From Actinomycetota bacterium (lineage in GTDB: Bacteria; Actinomycetota; Actinomycetes; JAKEEW01): a stretch of 13,932 nucleotides of DNA. Below the pieces are notes generated by a model. It saw only the letters and a list, made by a program, of their open reading frames with translations. It did not search any database and was not told the DNA's origin. Below, piece by piece: positions 1 through 8,561 of the stretch (position 1 is the stretch's first letter; each line of letters opens with the position of its first letter). The stretch spans positions 1-13,932 of the forward strand of contig JBKOZJ010000190.1 in the NCBI GenBank assembly GCA_046725875.1, in the 5' to 3' direction. A program made the position numbers and the translations under genes.

Positions 1-1349
1 ACGGCGGTTTCGTGGAGGTGCCGCGAGGTGTCGAGGAGCACGCCACCAGGCGTCGCGAAGATCCCTTGGACCCGGCCTCCGGGGCGGGTCAGGTAGAGGA
101 CGAGCGCCCGCCCGCCCTCCGGCTCGGGTCGGCCCGGCTCCTGCTCTCGGTCCGCTCCGGCCGCGCCTGCCGGCTGCAGGCCTGGGTTGAGTACGGCAAC
201 CAGCCGCGGCGCGCCCGGAATCCACGGAACGCCGACGTAGTCCTCGGGCACGGCGAGCTCGGCCAGTCTCCGACGCAACTCGGCTGCGGTGATGATCGAT
301 CGGTCCTCGGGTCGGTGGGCGAGGCAGTCGGTAAACAGCCGCCGCCAGCCGGGTGACAAGCGGTCGTCGATGGAGTAGCGGGCATGGCAGACCAGGTCGT
401 ACTGCTGCTCTGGCGTGACGCCGGCGGTGATGTGGCGACCGGTAAGCATTCGGTGCATGGTCACGGCAAGTGCCCAGACGTCGCTGGATTGGTCCGGTTT
501 CCAACTTGGCGACGGTGCCATGCTCTGCACGTTGGGCTCTTTGCGGCCGGGCGTCCTCGGTTGCTCCCCCGCTTTGGGACCGCCGGCCGGCAGGCGAACT
601 GCCGGCTCGGTGGTCTGGAAGTCGCCGTTCTGGCACGACTCTGGCGGGAGGTAGGCAAGGGTTCGCGCGGTCAGGGCGGGTGCCGCGATCGCCGGGTCGG
701 ACCTCGTGGAGACACCGAAGTCAGCGATCTTGAAGGCCGGCCCGACCCGCAGTACGTTGCTCGGCTTGATGTCGCCGTGCACTACTCGGCGACTGTGAAT
801 GTGCTCCAGGCCCGCCGCGACCTGTTCGAAGATGCCCGCCCATCCCTGTTCGTCGGGCCGCGTGCGGCGCGCGAAGCCGTACAAATCCTCGGCGGCCAGC
901 TCGAGGACCAGCCCGACGAAGCTCGCCCGGACCTGGCCGGCCTCCCCTGCAGCGGCCGGGCTGCGAGGCGCCTCCCCCTCCTGTGGAGCCTCCGCAGTCT
1001 TGTCAGATGCGCCTGCCCTGTCTGGTTCGCCGTGTTGGTTGGGGAGAGTGAACCGGAAGCTGGTGATCAGGCCGAGGACGTTCTCGTGGCCTTCCACCTC
1101 GGTGATCCTCTCGGCCTCGTCCCGAACCTGGGTTAGCTCCGCCTCGGTTCCTCGGATGCACTTGAGCGCCCGCTCCTCCGGGCCGAACTCGGTCCGCGTC
1201 CGCTCGGTCGCCGGGCGCACGACATAGACGGACGAGTATCCGCCGTCCGCAAGGTGGCGCACGATCTCCCAGGTGGTCGGCTCCTCGCCAACCATGTCCC
1301 CGGTGGCCAGCGGCACGACGCCCACCGGAGCATGCGGTGTCGGCGTCAC
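1..1349 (-). CDS. Hanks-type serine/threonine protein kinase, 3' end truncated by the window edge
   Basis: My manual translation of the minus strand is open from GTG 1349 (AGGAGG at 1363-1358) to position 1. Motifs: Gly-loop LADGGYSSVY, RALK (Lys codon at 1163), HENVLGL, catalytic loop HGDIKPSN (779-756), DFG (722-714), TLAYLPPE, SDVWALAVTMHRMLTG, and subdomain XI CLAHRPEDR. It is absent from the ORF track because there is no stop codon in the window. Confidence 0.93.
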   Translation of the reverse strand, partial: MTPTPHAPVGVVPLATGDMVGEEPTTWEIVRHLADGGYSSVYVVRPATERTRTEFGPEERALKCIRGTEAELTQVRDEAERITEVEGHENVLGLITSFRFTLPNQHGEPDRAGASDKTAEAPQEGEAPRSPAAAGEAGQVRASFVGLVLELAAEDLYGFARRTRPDEQGWAGIFEQVAAGLEHIHSRRVVHGDIKPSNVLRVGPAFKIADFGVSTRSDPAIAAPALTARTLAYLPPESCQNGDFQTTEPAVRLPAGGPKAGEQPRTPGRKEPNVQSMAPSPSWKPDQSSDVWALAVTMHRMLTGRHITAGVTPEQQYDLVCHARYSIDDRLSPGWRRLFTDCLAHRPEDRSIITAAELRRRLAELAVPEDYVGVPWIPGAPRLVAVLNPGLQPAGAAGADREQEPGRPEPEGGRALVLYLTRPGGRVQGIFATPGGVLLDTSRHLHETA

Positions 1350-1684
1350 CGGTGCCCCCTCCTGGTCGCATTCGTACAGCTGGGCCGGCCCATGCTTCAC
1401 AGTCTTGCGCTCCCGGGCGATGTCCGGGATGGCCCCGCCGGAGAGCGTAGCCGCCGACCGGTTGAGGATCACCCCTTCGATGCGACATCGCGTTGGTTCG
1501 TTCCATCCCCGATTGAAACCGGTGCGTCTCGTCGAGCCGCTCCCCGGGGAGGGGTTTCCCCCGTTGTCGGCCGCCGCGTCCACCGCGAGCCTGGCTGCAG
1601 ATCGACGACAACCGGTTAGCCGCAATCCGGTTCCACTTCCGGAGAGCGCCTGCTCCCCGGGGCTCGAGAGGGTGTGAGGATCCG

Positions 1685-2305
1685 ATGACGGAGTGGGTGG
1701 AGGTCTTCCCGGCATACCGGGATGGTTTGGTGCGTTTCGCCGAGACCTATGCGCACCGGCGGTGTGAGGCCGAGGACGTGGTCCAGGATGTGTTCGTCCG
1801 GCTGCTCCGGCCGGGCGGGGCGGCTGTTCCCGAGCGGCCAGGTGCCTATCTACGACGCGCGGTCGCGAATGAGTGTGTCAGCCACTGGCGGCGCCGGCAG
1901 CGTGAACGCCTGACGGCCGACATTCCTGACTGGACTGCCCTGCCTGACCCGGCGAACGCTACCGTCGACCGCCTGGTGGTTCGGGCCGCGGTCGGGAAGT
2001 TGCCGCTGCGGATGCGCCAGGTGGTCGCGCTCAGTTTCCTGGAGGGGATGAGCGACGCGGACGTGGCGCTGGCCCTGGCCATCACGCCGGTGACCGTGCG
2101 TACGACCCGAGCCAGGGCACTGCGGCATCTCGCGAGCCTGCTGGCCGACCACCGCCCATCCAGCCGGGGACCCGCGACCCGAGGCGAGCCGAAGGCCAAG
2201 GTTCGCCAGCTTGAGCCGGCCGTCCTGACCCAGCGCGAGCAGGTCGAGCGGGCGGGAGCCGGCGGCAGCGCGCCAGAGTCAGCCGAGCTCGCCGCGGCCG
2301 CCTGA
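1685..2305 (+). CDS. ECF RNA polymerase sigma-70 factor (SigE-like) with ~53 aa C-terminal extension
   Basis: Sigma2 motif EAEDVVQDVFVRL...AYLRRAVANECVSHWRR; sigma4 motif LPLRMRQVVALSFLEGMSDADVALALAITPVTVRTTRARAL; GAGGA just upstream of ATG 1685. Confidence 0.93.
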   Translation: MTEWVEVFPAYRDGLVRFAETYAHRRCEAEDVVQDVFVRLLRPGGAAVPERPGAYLRRAVANECVSHWRRRQRERLTADIPDWTALPDPANATVDRLVVRAAVGKLPLRMRQVVALSFLEGMSDADVALALAITPVTVRTTRARALRHLASLLADHRPSSRGPATRGEPKAKVRQLEPAVLTQREQVERAGAGGSAPESAELAAAA

Positions 2306-2836
2306 ACCGCCGCGGGGCGTCGGCCGACTCCTTGCGCCGGGCGATGGCTGGGACACCTGACCCACCAGCGGCAACACCCGATAGGGGATCTGCGTCGCCA
2401 AGGCGATGACCGTCGACGTCCGGACGATCCCGTCGAAGCTCACAATGCGGTCGATCACTCGCTGGAGGTCGGCGTTGGAACGCCCGACAATGCGGCAGAT
2501 CAGGTCAGCCGCGCCGGTGATCGTATACGCCTCCAACACCTCTGGAATAGTAGCGAGATGGTCCGCGACAGCGTCGTGGCCGCCCTTCTGCCGGATCTCC
2601 AGGGTCACGAACGCCATCACGGCATAGCCGAGCGCCGCCGGATCGAGATCCGGTCCGAATCCGACGATCACACCGCGGTTCTGCAGCCGGTCCAGGCGGG
2701 CCTGGACCGTCCCGCGCGCCACCCCGAGCCGGCGGGACGCCTCGAGCACGCCGATCCTGGGCTCGGCAGCGAACAGGAGGATGAGCTGCGCGTCGAGCGG
2801 ATCGAGGGTGTGCTCATCCAGCTCGCTCCGGTCCAT
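2279..2836 (-). CDS. Lrp/AsnC family transcriptional regulator (positioned like Streptomyces HpdA, divergent from hppD)
   Basis: N-terminal HTH LDPLDAQLI...EASRRLGVARGTVQARLDRL; RAM domain IPEVLEAYTITGAADLICRIV...GIVRTSTVI; divergent from hppD. Confidence 0.95.
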   Translation of the reverse strand: MDRSELDEHTLDPLDAQLILLFAAEPRIGVLEASRRLGVARGTVQARLDRLQNRGVIVGFGPDLDPAALGYAVMAFVTLEIRQKGGHDAVADHLATIPEVLEAYTITGAADLICRIVGRSNADLQRVIDRIVSFDGIVRTSTVIALATQIPYRVLPLVGQVSQPSPGARSRPTPRGGSGGRGELG

Positions 2837-2856
2837 GGCGCAAGAGCATCCAGACT

Positions 2857-4228
<1,372 letters not shown>

Positions 4229-4232
4229 ATCT

Positions 4233-4305
4233 AACTCCGCGGCCGCTCGGGCCCGTGGATCAACTTTGCGGCGGCCAACTCCGCGGCGGCCCACTCAGCG
4301 CCGGG
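4233..4305. repeat. Short degenerate 15-bp tandem repeat between convergent stop codons
   Basis: AACTTTGCGGCGGCC at 4262-4276 and AACTCCGCGGCGGCC at 4277-4291, a degenerate copy CACTCAGCGCCGG from 4292, and a partial copy AACTCCGCGGC at 4233-4243. Confidence 0.5.
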
Positions 4306-6100
4306 TTCTTGGTCGTGCTTTCTTCCCCTGGGGCTGGACAACCCGAGCCGCCGCCTCCTTGAGGGCGGCGATCGCGTCGTCGTCCGCGGTGAGCGACGGC
4401 CCCGACTCGGCGGCCTCGGGCGACTCGCCTGCGGGCGAATCCGCGCCGACCGGCTCATCCGCGGACTTGGCCGCACCTGCCTCGTCGAGCGTGGTCCCGC
4501 TGTCCGTGGGTTCGGCGTCGGCGTTGTCGGCCCGGACTGGCTCGGCGGCGCCGGTCTTCGTTTCCTCGCCTGCGACGGATCCGCCGGGCACCTCATCGTG
4601 CTCACCAGTGGCCGATTCGTCGGTGCCAGGTTCGCCGTCCGTTGCCGCGGCCTCGTGGTCAGGCGCATCGGACAGCGCGGCGCCCTGTTCCGCGACGGCA
4701 TCCGGCTGCGGCTCGTGGTACTCGTCGTCCTCGCCCATCATCGCGGCCAGTGCGGGCGGGAACGTCTCTTCGCCGGGCGGTTCGGTCTCGTCCTGCTCGC
4801 TCCCTGGAGTCTCGCCCCGGCCTTCCGCCTCGCGTGTCTCGCTGTCCGCTTCCGTCGGCCCGGCTCTCCCAGCCGCCTCGTCCGGTCCCGCCGCTGCTTT
4901 CTCCGCCTCGGCTGTCTTGTCGTCGACTGGCGACGCCGCGGTCGAACCAATGCCGTCCGCGGTTGTGGTCTCGGCTCCCGGCGGCTCGGATTGACTGGGC
5001 AAGATATCCGGCCGCGCACCCTCGACGCTCACCGACGAGTCCATGCTGTCCGCCGCGGCGTCCGGGGCAACCTGCGGTTGGGCCGGAATGGTAAGCCGCG
5101 GACCCGCGCCGTTGGGGGACGCTTCATCCTCGTCCGGGGTGGTGGACACTCCCTCGCTGAGCGCGGACGCCCGTGGCGGAGCTTCCACAGCCAGGCGGGG
5201 CGGCAGGACGGTCGGCAGTCCGGCAAGGTCGGCCGCGAGAATGACCTCCGTTCCGGCGAGCCCCACCGAACAGAACATAGTGACCTGGTCGTCATCGGTC
5301 CGGCCGCCGGCAGCGCCAACGAGCACCTTGCCAAGCTCCACCATGCTCCGCGTGCTGAGGGCATGGGGCTGCGGGTTGCCGTGGACCTGCGCGAGCGAAT
5401 CCGTGACCACCAGGTGCACGCGGTCGAGCAGGTCAAGCGGGATCTCGTGCGCGGACAGCGTCTTTGGTCCGACGCTGGTCACGTGCATCCCGGGCTCGAG
5501 CCATGCGCTGTCGAAGACCGGCGTCGAACTGTTCGTCGCCACGATAACGGCATCACGGTGGCGGAACGCTCTCCGCGCGCTGTCCACCGCGACGGCATCG
5601 ACGAGCAGCTGCTCCCGGCAGCGTGCGGCGAAGCACTCTCGCCAATAGGGGTTGCGGCTGTAGACCTTGATGTGCGACCAGTCGCGGACCGCCGTCGCAG
5701 CCCAGACCTGAGCCCATGCCTGGTGGCCGGTTCCGATCACTCCAAGAGTGTTCGCATCCGGCTTGGCAAGCGCGTCGATGGCGACCGCGCCGATCGCTCC
5801 CGTCCGGCGTCGGCCCAGCTCGGCTCCTAATACGACCGCAGCGAGCCGACGGCTCTCGCTGTCCCAGACCGCGACGACCTGCTCGGAGTCGACATGATCG
5901 TAGATGCGGACGCCATGGACGAGGCCCTCGAGCGCCCCCGCCGTGTAGACGAGCCGGCCGGGCGCGATGTCGTTGTATGCCCGCGCCGGCGCGCTCAGCC
6001 GCCCCTCACCATGTGCGCTAAGGGCGCGGCGGGTGACGGCGATCGCCCGGCTCGCCGTGCACGAGCGAGCGACGTCGGCGTCGGTAAGGATCAAGACCAC
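4295..6100 (-). CDS. Ornithine cyclodeaminase/mu-crystallin family NAD(P)-dependent protein fused to a long acidic low-complexity C-terminal region
   Basis: First ~293 aa carry MVLILTDADV, RRTGAIGAVA, Rossmann motif LGVIGTGHQA, IVATNSSTPV, GMHVTSVG, HEI, VVTD and TMFCSVGLAGTEV. The remaining ~307 aa are rich in A/E/D/P/G/S/T. Confidence 0.9.
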   Translation of the reverse strand: MVLILTDADVARSCTASRAIAVTRRALSAHGEGRLSAPARAYNDIAPGRLVYTAGALEGLVHGVRIYDHVDSEQVVAVWDSESRRLAAVVLGAELGRRRTGAIGAVAIDALAKPDANTLGVIGTGHQAWAQVWAATAVRDWSHIKVYSRNPYWRECFAARCREQLLVDAVAVDSARRAFRHRDAVIVATNSSTPVFDSAWLEPGMHVTSVGPKTLSAHEIPLDLLDRVHLVVTDSLAQVHGNPQPHALSTRSMVELGKVLVGAAGGRTDDDQVTMFCSVGLAGTEVILAADLAGLPTVLPPRLAVEAPPRASALSEGVSTTPDEDEASPNGAGPRLTIPAQPQVAPDAAADSMDSSVSVEGARPDILPSQSEPPGAETTTADGIGSTAASPVDDKTAEAEKAAAGPDEAAGRAGPTEADSETREAEGRGETPGSEQDETEPPGEETFPPALAAMMGEDDEYHEPQPDAVAEQGAALSDAPDHEAAATDGEPGTDESATGEHDEVPGGSVAGEETKTGAAEPVRADNADAEPTDSGTTLDEAGAAKSADEPVGADSPAGESPEAAESGPSLTADDDAIAALKEAAARVVQPQGKKARPRTRR

Positions 6101-6264
6101 GGCAGGCGCTCCACTCGATCCGGTATCAAGTCGTCTAGGAAGCTGGCGCCCTCTCGACTGCCACCTACTAGACAGGCTCCGACGTTAGCGGACGACCGGG
6201 CCGAATGTGGACCTCTTGGCCGGTTCGAGTGTCGCCGGCGGTGCATCCATCCCGATTCCTCACT

Positions 6265-7578
6265 TCAGGTGGTGGCCGAGGGGCGGACGGTCCCGCTCAG
6301 GGAGCCGAAGCCAAGCCGGGAATCGGCCGGTCCCGACGCCGTGGCCCGGATGGTTACGGTATCCCCGTCCTCCAGGAAGGATCGCCGCGAGCCGTCGGCA
6401 AGGATCACTGGCTCGGCGCCGTTCCAGGAGAGCTCGAGGAAGCTGCCGCATTGGTCGCGGGCCGGCCCAGAGACCGTTCCGGAGGCATAGAGGTCCCCGG
6501 TTCGGACCGAGGCGCCGTTCACTGTCATGTGCGCGAGCTGCTGCGCCGGCGTCCAGTACATCTCGGCGAACGGTGGGCGGGACACGACCGTGTCGTTCCA
6601 CTCCACCTCCAGTAGCAGCTCAAGCCCCCAGGAGCGGTCGTCGGCCAGATAGGGCAGCACCGGCGGCTCCTGCGCGGGTGCGGTCACGCGGGCGTGCTCA
6701 AGTGCGTCCAGTGGCACGACCCACGGTGAGATCGACGTCGCGAATGACTTACCGAGGAACGGGCCGAGCGGCACGTACTCCCATGACTGGATGTCCCGTG
6801 CGCTCCAGTCGTTGACCAGGACCGCCCCGAAGACGTGCTCCCGGAAGGAGGCTACGGGCACCGACTCGCCCAGCTTCGACGGCACACCGATGACGAACCC
6901 AACCTCCGCCTCGATATCGAGGCGAGTGGACGGGCCGAAGGAGGGCTGCGCATTGCGGGCCACCCGTCGCTGGCCACTCGGCCGGACGATCGGCGTCCCC
7001 GACACGACGACCGTGCCGGCCCGCCCGTGGTAGCCGATCGGCAGGTGCCGCCAGTTCGGCGTCAGTGGCTCACTGTCCGGGCGGAACAACCGTCCGACGT
7101 TCTCTGCATGGTGTCTCGACGAGTAGAAGTCGACGTAGTCCCCGATCTCGACCGGCAGGTGCAACGTCACCTCGGACTGTGGCACCAGATAGGGCGAGAC
7201 CGCATCGCGATACACCGGAGCGGAGAGCAGCTCCGACAGGCGTTCCCGGACCGCGCTCCAGGCCGGCCGACCTCGCGACATGAACTGATTGAGGGACGGC
7301 ATGGCGAAGTCGTTGGAGTACGGAACATGGACGCCGCTTGCGGCAAGCGCGGCGACATCAAGGACGCACTCCCCGATGGCGACACCGACTCGCGGTCGTC
7401 CGTTCCGATCGCGCGAGTTCGCGGCGAAGACGCCGTAGGGCAGGTTGGAAAGTGGAAAGTCCGACCCCTCCGGCACGCCGATCCAGGTCGAGGGTGCGTC
7501 CGCTTGCGAAGGCCGGGTGAATCTTAGGGGGTTATCCCGCTGAGGCGCTCGACGTGACGTCTCGCGGGACGGCGTCAT
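6265..7578 (-). CDS. fahA: Fumarylacetoacetase
   Basis: Motifs SDFPLSNLPYGVF, IGDYVDFYSSRHHAENVG, PNWRHLPIGYHGRAGTVVVSG, LDIEAE, NDWSARDIQSWEYVPLGPFLGKSF, SGTVSG, GSFLEL, FLEDGD. Its start overlaps the upstream stop (ATGA, 7575-7578). Confidence 0.97.
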   Translation of the reverse strand: MTPSRETSRRAPQRDNPLRFTRPSQADAPSTWIGVPEGSDFPLSNLPYGVFAANSRDRNGRPRVGVAIGECVLDVAALAASGVHVPYSNDFAMPSLNQFMSRGRPAWSAVRERLSELLSAPVYRDAVSPYLVPQSEVTLHLPVEIGDYVDFYSSRHHAENVGRLFRPDSEPLTPNWRHLPIGYHGRAGTVVVSGTPIVRPSGQRRVARNAQPSFGPSTRLDIEAEVGFVIGVPSKLGESVPVASFREHVFGAVLVNDWSARDIQSWEYVPLGPFLGKSFATSISPWVVPLDALEHARVTAPAQEPPVLPYLADDRSWGLELLLEVEWNDTVVSRPPFAEMYWTPAQQLAHMTVNGASVRTGDLYASGTVSGPARDQCGSFLELSWNGAEPVILADGSRRSFLEDGDTVTIRATASGPADSRLGFGSLSGTVRPSATT

Positions 7579-8462
7579 GTGACATCCTGCGCGACCACCG
7601 GTGGCGGCTCATATCTCTCGATCAGCCCGAGCGCTGCGAGGTCGTCGACCGGCTCGTCTACGCTGCACGTGCCGAATCCCGTGAAACTGCTCCGGATGGC
7701 GGCGGCTGCGCTCGCGTCCACGCCGAGCGTGGTGGCGACCAGCGCTGCTGTCTCCTTGCTCGCGAGAATCTCGATGAGATCGTCGACCGAGCCGCCTTCC
7801 GTCGCCGCGTGGGTGGCGAGGAGGATGTTGAGGAAGCCGTGATGCTCGAAGCCGCTGTGTTGGTCGCCGTGGCGTACGGCCTGATGCAGCCCGGCGGTGC
7901 ATTTGAACGGAGCGCCCTCGGTCACGCTTGCCCGGACGAACTCGGCCACCTCGATCTCGCTCGGGAAGGCATCGGCAACCAGCCCACCCGTGCGAAGCTT
8001 GACTCCGTAACCACGCGCGGCGACCAGCGAGAGTGCGTCTCGCCAACCGGCAATCCGGGGGAGCTCGACGAACGCCGCGATGTCATCGGTCAGTCGGGAA
8101 AATGCGCGCACCGCCTCGTGTGCTGCGGCAGCGGGGTCGCCATCGACACCGATGGGGACCTCGATCGCGGTAAGCCTCAGACGGGAGTCGTCCGCGCTGG
8201 CACTGACCGCGTCAGGCAGTCGCTCCAGACCGGTATCAAGGATCAGGCTGACCGCGAAGCGGTCATCGTCCACGAGCTCAGCCTGCAGCTCGTCGAGCCG
8301 CGAGGCCGGGCATAGAAACCGGCCGACCAGATCCGCGTAGTCTCCGGTGCGATGATGGCGATGCTCTTTGACCGCGGTTGACATCGGCATGTTGCCCGGG
8401 GGGAAAAGCGATGCATCATCAACTAGGGCAGCCAAAAGCGGGCTCACTGCTCCGGTTGACAT
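7575..8462 (-). CDS. Uncharacterised soluble alpha/beta protein coupled to fahA
   Basis: Enzyme-like motifs LVDDASLFPPG, FVELP, KLRTGG, FKCTAGLHQA, HHGFLNIL, GFGTCSVDEP. Start placed at ATG 8462 because the track start (8522) would translate through the operator. Its stop overlaps the fahA start. Confidence 0.85.
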   Translation of the reverse strand: MSTGAVSPLLAALVDDASLFPPGNMPMSTAVKEHRHHRTGDYADLVGRFLCPASRLDELQAELVDDDRFAVSLILDTGLERLPDAVSASADDSRLRLTAIEVPIGVDGDPAAAAHEAVRAFSRLTDDIAAFVELPRIAGWRDALSLVAARGYGVKLRTGGLVADAFPSEIEVAEFVRASVTEGAPFKCTAGLHQAVRHGDQHSGFEHHGFLNILLATHAATEGGSVDDLIEILASKETAALVATTLGVDASAAAAIRSSFTGFGTCSVDEPVDDLAALGLIERYEPPPVVAQDVT

Positions 8463-8481
8463 GTCCGTGACCTTACCGCAA

Positions 8482-8519
8482 TGTTCTTCTATAGGACAAT
8501 GCTGTCCGATAATCGGACA
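8482..8519. promoter_or_regulatory. Putative IclR-family operator, perfect 17-bp palindrome plus a degenerate tandem copy
   Basis: TGTCCGAT-A-ATCGGACA at 8503-8519 and TGTTCTTC-T-ATAGGACA at 8482-8498, 21 bp apart. From memory it resembles PobR/PcaR/PcaU-type IclR operators. It lies between the divergent hypothetical-fahA and hmgA units. Confidence 0.75.
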
Positions 8520-8561
8520 CACCTGCTAGACGGTCGAACGGGGCCAGGAAGGCATCGAACC

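Noticed and set aside
384..1136. 250 aa plus-strand ORF, plus other short track ORFs in 12-1677
   Set aside because: Antisense or off-frame shadows of the kinase; DTEVSDL and VARLDVAVH are the mirror of KIADFGVS and VHGDIKPSN.
4266..5830. Plus-strand ORFs of 242, 410 and 201 aa
   Set aside because: Ser-rich or Arg-rich mirrors of the OCD gene and its acidic tail.
8463..8561. Longer track starts at 8481 (hmgA) and 8522 (uncharacterised gene)
   Set aside because: They would overlap each other and the operator. Internal ATGs at 8562 (with a Shine-Dalgarno site) and 8462 fit better.
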